NCBI GenBank assembly: GCA_963706025.1
Contig: CAVPLM010000007.1
Coordinates: forward strand, 1 to 22,734
Direction of reading: 5' to 3'
From: an uncultured Actinomycetes bacterium
GTDB lineage: Bacteria > Actinomycetota > Thermoleophilia > RBG-16-64-13
DNA length: 22,734 nt
Shown here: piece by piece, positions 9,195-17,569 of the stretch
Layout: every line of letters starts with the position of its first letter
How positions within the stretch are numbered: position 1 is the stretch's first letter
The notes under the pieces: generated by a model
What the model was told of the DNA's origin: nothing
Database searches by the model: none
The model's input: only the letters and a program-made list of their open reading frames with translations
Made by a program: the position numbers and the translations under genes

Positions 9195-9276
9195 GACTTT
9201 GCCCCCGACTTGCCACCGAACTCGCCCGAAAGATGCGAAGACCCGACCACCTGGGCTGGGCCTCGCTCGCGATTCT
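9195..9276. repeat. Repeat module, copy 4 (no tRNA fragment)
   Basis: tttgcccccgacttgccaccgaactcgcccgaaaga...acccgacc...gggctggg...gattct. Confidence 0.85.
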
Positions 9277-9367
9277 CCATGGATCTTGACTGGCATCCAA
9301 TCTCTCTTTCGGAGCGTGTTGCGCGAACCTCGGCTTGTCCAGCGGGCTCGGGGGAGTCTCAGGCGGG

Positions 9368-9709
9368 TTACGCGTCGCCGCCCGTGACGCGATCGATGGC
9401 GTTGGTCAGCCGTTCCCGCTCCCGGCTGATCCACTGACCCTCCGGGTAGTTCCGAAGAAACGCCTCGGCGAACTCCACAGGGTCTTCCCCGACGACTTCG
9501 CGGATCGGGGTTCCGTTCGCCGCGCTCTGCTCGAAGAGATCGGCGAGATCCTCCAGCATCGACAGCAGGCTGTCCGCCTTCCCCGGCCCGAAGAACTGCA
9601 TGTACCGCTCCAGCGCATCGATCGCCGTGTGGTAGCTCGCAGGAAGCTGCTTCGTGCGCGCCTTGTACTGCCGGTAGCGCCTCTTCTGCTCGATCAACCC
9701 TGCGGCCAT
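9368..9709 (-). CDS. DUF1048-like protein
   Basis: KRRYRQYKAR..LP..Y..A..ALERY; L.DLFEQSAA.G..IREVVGEDPVEFAE; AAGGAGGT RBS. Confidence 0.85.
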   Translation of the reverse strand: MAAGLIEQKRRYRQYKARTKQLPASYHTAIDALERYMQFFGPGKADSLLSMLEDLADLFEQSAANGTPIREVVGEDPVEFAEAFLRNYPEGQWISRERERLTNAIDRVTGGDA

Positions 9710-9824
9710 GCCTAATTACCTCCTTCACGGAGCAGCCACTTGCATTGGTTGCAGGCCAAACGATCCTGTGGCTGTCTGACGACTTCGCTACATCATATGT
9801 CGGCGGGGGGGAATGTGCCGAACT

Positions 9825-10120
9825 TCAAAGATTACCTGGCAGTCGAGCCAGCGCGGGAACCGCCAAGAGCTTCACGTCGCCAGGCAGGATAGGGGTCCGC
9901 CCACAGACTGCCGCGAACGCCTGGGCGGCTCGATGAAGGCGCAATGAGGCGCGAAGACTCGCCCCCAGCTTGACGTGTTCGTCTTTCCTCGTGGCTCTCA
10001 CCGCGGCGACGATGTAGTCGCAGACCGACGCGTTCACATAGACCCGCCGGCAGAGTTCTGGAGTGCGAGCAACTCGGCGGCGCCCGTGACGGCCTCCAAG
10101 GTGTCGAGCGGGTCGAAGGG
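9825..10120 (-). pseudogene. C-terminal fragment of a MoxR AAA+ ATPase, frameshifted
   Basis: DPLDTLEAVTGAAELLALQ then a frame change to VYVNASVCDYIV...LGASLRA...AQAFAA..GR..ILPGDVK (AAA lid); no Walker motifs. Confidence 0.75.
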
Positions 10121-10257
10121 GAGGTCATCCAAGCCGTTGCCATTCACATCCACCGAAAGCTAAGCTTGTAGACCTGCGAGAATACGTCGACTGAAACCCT
10201 AAGTCGCGGGACGCTACCCAAAGGAGCACGGCACGTGGGAGAGCGAAGGAGTCTGGA

Positions 10258-11562
10258 GTGAGAAAGTGGCTCTTCGGCCTTGTGCTTGTTCTGGCCCTTC
10301 TGATGGGGGCAGGTGTCGCCTCGGCCGGTCCTTTGATTGTGATCGATCCGGGCCACAGCGGAGGAACACTGCTGTCTATCGACCCTCAGTGGAACATGTA
10401 CGACTACGAGTATGACAACGGAGCCGAGAACCATGAGGTCTGGAATGTCTCGGTGAAGCTCAAGACAAAGTTGGAGGCGGCTGGTTACACGGTCATGTTG
10501 ACCAAGACCGGCCCTGATGACGTGGTCTCGAAGCGGGATCGCGTCAACCTCGCGAATAACAACGGAGCAGCGCTGTTCGTCACCATCCACAGGGATGCCC
10601 ACACTTTCGGCACCTGGGGCCACGTCTATGTTCAGCGTGTGAACGACTGGCGGGCTTCTGTCGATGGGACGAAGAAGTACTTCACCCTCGCTGACGTGGC
10701 CGCAAGGAGCCTGGCCATCGGCAACGCCATCCTGAGCGCTCGTCGGGCCATCGAAGGCACGGCTATCACTATGGCTGTGGAGGACTTCACAGGCAGGGGA
10801 GGGTACATACCGGCCGGGAACCTCGCCGTTCTGCAGCTATGGGCCACCGTGCCCGCTTTGCTGATGGAGGCCGGTATCTGTGACACTGATGCCAAGCGGG
10901 AGAAGTATGCCCTCGGTATCTTCAATGGGATCAGGGCGGCTATTCCATCGGACGGGAGCTGGACCGACATCTCCAACCAACAGTGGCTGGCCCTCTACGG
11001 GGTCTCGGCCGCGCAGGTGAGGCCGGTGGCCGACGGCTATGCCGACGGTTCCTTCAAGCCCTCCAACCCGGTCAATCGTGGCCAGTTCGCCAAGATGTCC
11101 GTGGATGGCCTGGATATCCCCCTGATTACTTCGCCTGCCCCGCCCACTTTCGTGGATGTGCTCGCCGGCCACCCCTTCTTCAAATGGATCGAGACCGGTG
11201 TCGATCGGGGTCTGATAGAGGGCGTCGAAGAGGATCACTACCATCCCGGCGCGCCCATGCTCCGCCAGCAAGTCAACACCATCCTGGGCCGCTACCTGGA
11301 GGAGATGGCTCTGGACGGCCGCGGCTACATCGAGGGCGACCTTGACACTTATGACACGGTGGCCGAGTGGTACGCTGCTGAAGGCGCAGATGCTCTCGCT
11401 CCCTTCAGCGACGCGGTTCAGATCGCCGCCGTCCACAAGCCTTATGCCGCCTACCTCGCGTATCTGGGTATGGTCAAGGGCAGTAACGGCAGACTCAGTC
11501 CCTTAAGCACCATCACGCGAGCTCAGGCCGCTGTGCTCATCGTGAGGGTGAACCAGCCCTAA
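10258..11562 (+). CDS. Secreted N-acetylmuramoyl-L-alanine amidase (Amidase_3) with C-terminal SLH domains
   Basis: Signal peptide; IDPGH, E, IH.D, LMEAG Zn/catalytic motifs; GYADGSFKP..V.RGQ and L.P..TITRAQAA SLH motifs. Confidence 0.9.
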   Translation: MRKWLFGLVLVLALLMGAGVASAGPLIVIDPGHSGGTLLSIDPQWNMYDYEYDNGAENHEVWNVSVKLKTKLEAAGYTVMLTKTGPDDVVSKRDRVNLANNNGAALFVTIHRDAHTFGTWGHVYVQRVNDWRASVDGTKKYFTLADVAARSLAIGNAILSARRAIEGTAITMAVEDFTGRGGYIPAGNLAVLQLWATVPALLMEAGICDTDAKREKYALGIFNGIRAAIPSDGSWTDISNQQWLALYGVSAAQVRPVADGYADGSFKPSNPVNRGQFAKMSVDGLDIPLITSPAPPTFVDVLAGHPFFKWIETGVDRGLIEGVEEDHYHPGAPMLRQQVNTILGRYLEEMALDGRGYIEGDLDTYDTVAEWYAAEGADALAPFSDAVQIAAVHKPYAAYLAYLGMVKGSNGRLSPLSTITRAQAAVLIVRVNQP

Positions 11563-11611
11563 GCCTCGACCGTGCAAGGTGCTGATCGCGCGCCCGGCCG
11601 CATTCTGCTGC

Positions 11612-11710
11612 AGTTGAGTTGCCCCCGAACTGCCATCGAACTCGCCTGAAGGACGCGAGAACCCGGCCTCCGGGACCGGGCTCTGACCTGCCATTCTTGG
11701 CTTTTCTAAG
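11612..11710. repeat. Conserved tRNA-adjacent repeat module, copy 5
   Basis: ttgcccccgaactgccatcgaactcgcctgaa...cccggcc-tccg-ggaccggg...attcttggcttttctaag. Confidence 0.9.
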
Positions 11711-11759
11711 CGGAGAGGGGGGATTCGAACCCCCGGTACCGCTTGCGCGGCACAACGGT
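11711..11759 (-). repeat. tRNA-Ser 3' fragment, 49 bp
   Basis: Matches 19264-19313 with one base lost in the G7 run; ends exactly at the anticodon loop. Confidence 0.95.
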
Positions 11760-11824
11760 CAAAACGCGGTAGACGCGGGGCGAAAGCCGGCGGTGTCATC
11801 GGTAGTTTGTCCGGCGCGCCCGAG

Positions 11825-12666
11825 TCAACTCACCTCTGCATCTTCTTGCTCGTTGACCCAGACATAGGTTCCGATCTTGCAGTATTCCTCGAAACCCAGA
11901 TGGCGATATGCCCCTACCGCCATGGGACTGGGATGCACGATGGCTATACGGTAGCCCATGGCTCGGGCTTCCAGGAGCGGGACCAGGGTCAGAGCGGTGC
12001 GATGCCTTGACGACGAACCGCGGGAATGGTCCCCACGTTGTAGATACCTGCCACCCCGGCTCCGACGATCACCGCGGAGGTCGCCACCGGCTCCCCTTCC
12101 AACCAGCCAAGGTAGTGGCGGTATGGTGCCCGCGGTGAAACACCCAGACTGCGCCAGGAGTCATACCAGCCCTCGGCAAAGACGCCCGGCAAGTCAAAGC
12201 TGGTGCACATGACATCGCACCACGTCTTCAACGCTCCCAGCTCCGTGACACGCTCGATGACCAGCTCCGAGGGCGCTGGGACGGTATCCGGCAAGGCTCT
12301 CAGGTCAGCGGCCATCCCCGGAAGTTCTTCGCCCACGAACCCGCGAGCGATCAGATACTTGCTGAGATCAGCGGGTTGAGTGGTGGGACCGGTCCACCAC
12401 ATCAGAGGCACGCCTCTGGCCCGGCCCCGGGCGACGGCGGCAGCAATGGCGCCCTCGACGGCCTCGGGGTTAAGACGCGTCCGGAAGACGCTGTTGAAGA
12501 ACGGGGACGGGATGCTTGTCAGTGTCCAGAGCAGCTCGGGATCGTCGTGCACTTCAGCCTTGGGCCACCGACGCCACGAGGGAAAGAAGCTGAACATGTT
12601 TGCCTCGATCACGTTCACCAAGGCGGCCGGTGATAGGTCCTGCGCGATCTCTTCCCTAGCGTCCAA
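11825..12666 (-). pseudogene. GNAT acetyltransferase with a 1-bp frameshift near 12000
   Basis: TTG start with GGAGG RBS; GIYNVGTIPAVRRQGI, and restoring one G gives GTALTLVPLLEARAMGYR...AYRHLGFEEYC...stop at 11825. Confidence 0.8.
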
Positions 12667-12789
12667 GGAAAACCTCCGTCGCGGTGGGAGATACGTTGTA
12701 TCCGATAGCCTAAGCTCCGGTACTGCCAGGGCGGCCTGGAACCTGCCTCGGTCTTGACCAGCACGTGCTAGCCCGTTGCGTGAGGCCCG

Positions 12790-13875
12790 ATGTCCTTCTC
12801 GCTCGAAAGACTGTTCGTGGACGTCTTCGCTCCACAAGTGGGCGACGCCTTGACGATCATGTACGACCTGCCCCACGGCGCCATCAGCGACAGCGAAGAA
12901 TGGCGCGACCGGCGCCTGATGGCGGAGGAATGGCACCGGGAGATTGCGGGGTTTGCCGAGAAGTACGGTTTCTCCGCCAAGCCGCTTGTCGCGTATGAAG
13001 CCACGGGCGCGCATAACCGTGAACTACCCGAGCGTGGGCTGACTCAAGGAACCCGAGTCAGCCTTGAAGGTGTTGTGAGCGATTCCACCATCGTCATCTC
13101 CATGCCCCAATTCTCAGCCTCGGCCCCGCTTGCTGTTCTCGCCAAGAAGTACGAGACGCTCCGTGTGGCCAGTCTGCCCGGCGTCAGCCGAGCGATGCAG
13201 GAGACCGGGTTGTCCGCGGACTACAACCGGGTCGCCGAGAATTGTGCACGGCTGGCCCCGCTCTTCGACGGGTCCGAAGGTATCGAAGTGGTGTTCTCCA
13301 CGGGTCACGCCTGCTACTTCGACACCTCCGACCACAAGCCCGCTCTTCAGGACGACGGTCGCCTGCACCCGGGCGCCGGTGGGGACGCGCTCCGGTTCAG
13401 AAACCTCCCTTCAGGGGAGGTGGCCGTCACGCCCAACGAGGCCCCCGACAGTGGAACGTCGGGCGAGATCCCTGCGAGCTACGGCGATGAGGTCGTTGTG
13501 TTCGTGGTGCGGCACAACCAGATCGTCGATGTTCGGGGTAGCGGCTGCGTGGCGGCTCAAATGCGGCAGGAGTTCACCCAGGAACAGGCCTCGCGCAACA
13601 TCGCCGAAGTGGCGATCGGCTGCAACGACAAGGCCGTCGTCACCGGGAATATTCTGGAGGACGAAAAGGCGGGGTTTCACTGGGCATACGGGCGGAGCGA
13701 CCACCTCGGAGGAAGGGTAGGCCCGAGCGACTTCACGTCGCCGGACAGATCGCTTCACCAAGACATCGTCTACGCCAGAGGGAATCCCATAGTCTGCCAG
13801 AGGCTTGACTTCGTCTTCCCAGACGGGACGAGACGGACGGTCATTCGAGATGGGGTCTTGGACATAGGCCCGTGA
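12790..13875 (+). CDS. Aminopeptidase-like metalloprotein (M29/thermophilic metalloprotease-like)
   Basis: NLPSGEV, RNIAEVAIG.N, ILEDEK..FHWAYG.S...GG, H.D motifs. Confidence 0.75.
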   Translation: MSFSLERLFVDVFAPQVGDALTIMYDLPHGAISDSEEWRDRRLMAEEWHREIAGFAEKYGFSAKPLVAYEATGAHNRELPERGLTQGTRVSLEGVVSDSTIVISMPQFSASAPLAVLAKKYETLRVASLPGVSRAMQETGLSADYNRVAENCARLAPLFDGSEGIEVVFSTGHACYFDTSDHKPALQDDGRLHPGAGGDALRFRNLPSGEVAVTPNEAPDSGTSGEIPASYGDEVVVFVVRHNQIVDVRGSGCVAAQMRQEFTQEQASRNIAEVAIGCNDKAVVTGNILEDEKAGFHWAYGRSDHLGGRVGPSDFTSPDRSLHQDIVYARGNPIVCQRLDFVFPDGTRRTVIRDGVLDIGP

Positions 13876-13935
13876 CGCATAGGGGGTGCTGCGCCGGATG
13901 TAGGGGCATGTACGCGGACGCGTTGTCCGGCGTCC

Positions 13936-14062
13936 TTTCGTCCGTCTGGCTCCTATGAGTGCCGTTGAGTTTGCCGCCGAGTTGCCCCCAAACTCGCCCG
14001 AAAGACGACAAAACCCGGTCACGTGGGCCGGGTCTCGACTAGCCGTTCTTGGCTTTCTGAAG
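13936..14062. repeat. Conserved tRNA-adjacent repeat module, copy 6
   Basis: tttcgtccgtct...tttgccgccgagttgcccccaaactcgcccgaaaga...acccggtc-acgtg-ggccgggt...ttcttggctttctgaag. Confidence 0.9.
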
Positions 14063-14094
14063 CGGAGAGCGGGGGATTCGAACCCCCGGTACCG
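14063..14094 (-). repeat. tRNA-Ser 3' fragment, 32 bp
   Basis: Matches 19264-19295 with one mismatch. Confidence 0.95.
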
Positions 14095-14309
14095 GCGCTG
14101 ACTGGAGAAGCGACCCACGACCATCCTTGTCAGTTCCGACTCAGGGTTGCTACATGTTGACCGCTCAGGAAATAAAACGGCGCTACCATGAGCAGGGCCC
14201 TCGCCAAGCCGCTCTGGCCCAACTTGGGAAGCCGCCTCCCACCTCCACCAAGACTTAGTAGCTGCCGGTCTGGGTGGGCGCATGTCGGAGTTCGGCAGCA
14301 ACCGTTCCT

Positions 14310-14978
14310 TCAGTCACGCCGGTCGACGAGTCGATACCCCATGTTCCGCACCGTTTGGATGAGATCCTTGCCCAGTTTCCGTCGGAGGTACCCAACAGAG
14401 ACGTCAACCACATTGCTGCCCGGGTCGAAGTCGTAACCCCACACATGGTCGAGAAGCTGTTCTCTCGACAGTACCTGGTTGGGATGGCGCATGAAGATCT
14501 CAGCAAGCATGAACTCACGCGCAGAGAGTTCGATGTGCTCGTTGCCGATCTCAGCCGCTCGAGAGAGGAGGTCCAGTCGAACACCTCCCGCCTCGAGAAC
14601 AGTCTGCTCTACCTTGCCCTGGTCCCGGAGGCGGGCTCTGACCCGAGCGAGTAGCTCCGCGAATCGGAACGGCTTGGTGACGTAGTCGTCGGCCCCGCCC
14701 TCAAGACCCGCAACGGTCTCTGCGACACCCTTGCGGGCGGTGAGGATGATCACCGGGAGTCTCTCCCCTCGGTGGCGAATCTCTCTCAGCACCTCGTGGC
14801 CGTCCATCCCCGGCAGGCCGAGATCGAGGATCATCAGGTCGAAGTCGTCGTCTCGGGCAGCATAGGCGGCGGCCCGACCATCATCAACCACGAGTGTGGT
14901 GAAACCTGCCGCCTCCAACCCCTTCCGGACAAATGAGGAGATGCCGGGTTCGTCCTCGGCGATGAGTATCCGACTCAC
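14310..14978 (-). CDS. OmpR/PhoB family response regulator
   Basis: ILIAEDE, ILDLGLP, ILTA, GADDYVTKPF, winged helix with QTVRNMGY. Confidence 0.96.
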   Translation of the reverse strand: MSRILIAEDEPGISSFVRKGLEAAGFTTLVVDDGRAAAYAARDDDFDLMILDLGLPGMDGHEVLREIRHRGERLPVIILTARKGVAETVAGLEGGADDYVTKPFRFAELLARVRARLRDQGKVEQTVLEAGGVRLDLLSRAAEIGNEHIELSAREFMLAEIFMRHPNQVLSREQLLDHVWGYDFDPGSNVVDVSVGYLRRKLGKDLIQTVRNMGYRLVDRRD

Positions 14979-16393
14979 AGTGTCTCTTTGGAGGGCCGAT
15001 CAATCGGGAGTACAAGTGTGAATGTGCTGCCCAGTCCTACGGCGGTCTCCACCTCCACCCTACCGCCATGCGCCTCGACGATGCTTTTCACAATTGCGAG
15101 GCCGAGCCCCGCTCCGCGCCCAGAGCGGCGTCCCTTGTCTCCTCTGGAGAAACGCTCAAACAGGTGCTCTCGATCCTCCTCGGGGATGCCGGGGCCAGCG
15201 TCTCTTACCCAGATCCAGGCCGTGTCACCGACCAACCGGCTCCCCACTGACACCGGCGTTCCGTCGGGCGTGTGCTCGAGAGCGTTACCCATGAGGTTCA
15301 TGATAGCCTGAGTGATCCGCTGCCGATCGGCGATCAGCACCGCATTCGCAACCTCTTCCACACCCCACCGCCGGTCGCCGAGGGCGTCGGCTTTGGCGGC
15401 CACACCGCGAGTCAGGTCGGCCAGATCGAGCGGTTGTGGTTGAAGGAAGTCAGGCTGTTCGGCCTTCGCGAGGTCTAACAGGTCATCGACGATCCGCGCC
15501 ATCCGGTCGAGTTCATCGGTCACCACGTCGACTGTCTGCCTGCGCTCCTCCGGGTCGTCTCCCATCAGTTCGAGGTTGCCTCGGATCACGGTTATCGGGG
15601 TGCGCAGCTCGTGACCGGCATCGTCTAGGAACCGACGTTGGTTGGCGAATGTTTCCTCCAGCCGATCAAGCATGGAGTTGAACGTCCGACCAAGGACGGC
15701 AATCTCGTCGGTTCCTTCCACAGGGATCCGCCTCGACCAATCTGTCTCGGTGATGGACTCAGCCGTCTCGGTCAGCGTCCTTAGCGGTCGGAGGATCCTT
15801 CCAGCCGCGATCCAGGCCAAGACCGAGGCCAGAACGAAGATCGAGCCATAGACCAACGCTCCGATACGCACGACCGCGTTGACGGCACTGAGCCGGCCAT
15901 CCATGAAGATGGAGGCAACGAATACCCCGATAGTGTCGCCCTCGGATTTGAGCGGGATGGCCAGGTAGCGGACGCGCCCGAACTCGGGGGTTTCGACGTC
16001 ACGCTGCACTGTCTCATTGACAGCTATCCATTCGCTTACGAGCGGGCTTCTAGCGAGCTTCGCTCCGCCGACGTCCGACTTGTACGGCTGGCTGCCGACA
16101 ATGGTAACGATCCCCTCCCCGTCGAGCGGGACATTCCGCGCTAGGAAGACGTCGAAGATGGCGGTGACGTCTCCGGCGAAAGGCTTACCGGTCTCGGGAT
16201 CGATACCGGCGGCAAGCAGTCGGATTGAGGCTACTTCCTCGTTGAGCGCCCGATCGGCTTCCACTGACGCATGGTTGATGAGAAGGCCTCGCTGGAGGAG
16301 AAGAGCGGCGACGAGCGCAACGGCAAGCAGAACGACGTACCAACCGAGGATCCGCATCCTCGCCGAGGGCGGCTGAAGTCGGCGCCTAGCCAT
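14975..16393 (-). CDS. HAMP-domain sensor histidine kinase
   Basis: Two TM helices, HAMP, HELRTP H-box, N, G1 (DAGPGI), F and G2 (GAGLGL) boxes. Confidence 0.96.
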   Translation of the reverse strand: MARRRLQPPSARMRILGWYVVLLAVALVAALLLQRGLLINHASVEADRALNEEVASIRLLAAGIDPETGKPFAGDVTAIFDVFLARNVPLDGEGIVTIVGSQPYKSDVGGAKLARSPLVSEWIAVNETVQRDVETPEFGRVRYLAIPLKSEGDTIGVFVASIFMDGRLSAVNAVVRIGALVYGSIFVLASVLAWIAAGRILRPLRTLTETAESITETDWSRRIPVEGTDEIAVLGRTFNSMLDRLEETFANQRRFLDDAGHELRTPITVIRGNLELMGDDPEERRQTVDVVTDELDRMARIVDDLLDLAKAEQPDFLQPQPLDLADLTRGVAAKADALGDRRWGVEEVANAVLIADRQRITQAIMNLMGNALEHTPDGTPVSVGSRLVGDTAWIWVRDAGPGIPEEDREHLFERFSRGDKGRRSGRGAGLGLAIVKSIVEAHGGRVEVETAVGLGSTFTLVLPIDRPSKETL

Positions 16394-16871
16394 CGGGGAC
16401 GTCGTCGTCCACCTCGTCGGGGCTGTCGTCGTCTATATCGTCGGGGACGTCGTCTTCCGTGCCGCCGGGGACGTCGTCGTCCGTGTCGTCGGGGCTGTCG
16501 TCGTCTATATCGTCGGGGACGTCGTCTTCCGTGTCATCATTCCCAGGGTTGTCATCCGAGGCGGTGGTCGCAGTGGGCCGTGTGGACGGCGTTGTCGTGA
16601 GGGCAGGTGAGACGGGCGCCGTTGTGGATCCGCTTCCCGGCGAGTCTGTCGAATCCTCTTCCGTCAAGTCAACGGAAGGCGAGGGGACCACCTCGAAGTC
16701 AACTGATGGGGAGGCCTCGGCCGGAGGAGGCCCGGTGAGCGTCAGTGACGCAGGTAGCGGGGTCACCGGGGGTGAGAAGGCGTCCGAGATACCGATGACG
16801 GCAAACGAGATGCCGATGACGGCCGATAACGCCACCACTAACACAGCAAGCCATGTGAGCCGAACCCTCAT
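16386..16871 (-). CDS. Membrane-anchored/secreted protein with Asp-rich 8-aa tandem repeats
   Basis: N-terminal hydrophobic helix; DDTEDDVP/DDIDDDSP repeats; overlaps the kinase start. Confidence 0.75.
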   Translation of the reverse strand: MRVRLTWLAVLVVALSAVIGISFAVIGISDAFSPPVTPLPASLTLTGPPPAEASPSVDFEVVPSPSVDLTEEDSTDSPGSGSTTAPVSPALTTTPSTRPTATTASDDNPGNDDTEDDVPDDIDDDSPDDTDDDVPGGTEDDVPDDIDDDSPDEVDDDVPDG

Positions 16872-17059
16872 GATGAGTGAACTGTCCTGGGTCTAGCGGA
16901 GACTCGGTTGCGTGAGTAGGCTCTTTTCGACTGGAGTTGCCTCCCGATAGTACATCGTCTCTGGCTCCATGGATGCGGCCTGCAGCCGCGGCTGACCTAG
17001 ACTAGCGCGTGAGTAGGGGCCAGGCATAGCCCAGCCCCTACTGCTCGCTATCGCTGCAA

Positions 17060-17560
17060 TCAGGAGTCGACCGAGCTGTCAGCGGAGTCGATCGAGTCAG
17101 AATCATCGTCCGGCGCCAGATCGGGGCTGTCTGGAGAGGAGTCGTCAGACGCGACATCGGGACTGTCCGGAGACGAGTCATCCGGCGCCAGATCGGGGCT
17201 GTCTGGAGAGGAGTCGTCGAGAACGGAACTAAGATCATCGTCACCGGTCGCCACCGTGGCCTGCGACGTGGTGCTTGGGGAAGCAGACTGTAGCTGACCG
17301 GTCGTCACCGTTACCGGTGCCGTGGTGCTGGGTGAGAGCCACGAAGACTCGCTGGCGGTCAACGTGACCCGCAACGTGGTGCTGGGCGAGAGTGACTCAC
17401 CGGTAGTGGCCTGACTCTGAAGAGCGATCGGGGCCGGCACGCCGGAACTGTCCCCTGGGCCCGCAAGCGCGATTCCGGCGAACCCGAGGGCTGCCGCGGT
17501 CCCCACGCCAGCAACGACCTTCCATTTCTTGGGTCCCTTCCACTGATCTTTCATCTGCAT
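17060..17560 (-). CDS. Secreted Ser/Thr/Asp-rich protein with 12-aa repeats
   Basis: AGGAGG RBS; signal peptide ending ALA; three DDSSPDSPD(L/V)A(P/S) units. Confidence 0.8.
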   Translation of the reverse strand: MQMKDQWKGPKKWKVVAGVGTAAALGFAGIALAGPGDSSGVPAPIALQSQATTGESLSPSTTLRVTLTASESSWLSPSTTAPVTVTTGQLQSASPSTTSQATVATGDDDLSSVLDDSSPDSPDLAPDDSSPDSPDVASDDSSPDSPDLAPDDDSDSIDSADSSVDS

Positions 17561-17569
17561 GGTGTCCTC

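Noticed and set aside
12667-13014. N-terminal extension of the 341-aa GNAT ORF
   Set aside because: It overlaps the divergent aminopeptidase; the TTG at 12666 has a good RBS.
74-14094. Additional functional tRNA genes
   Set aside because: All five copies lack the 5' acceptor strand, D arm and anticodon, and carry mutations.
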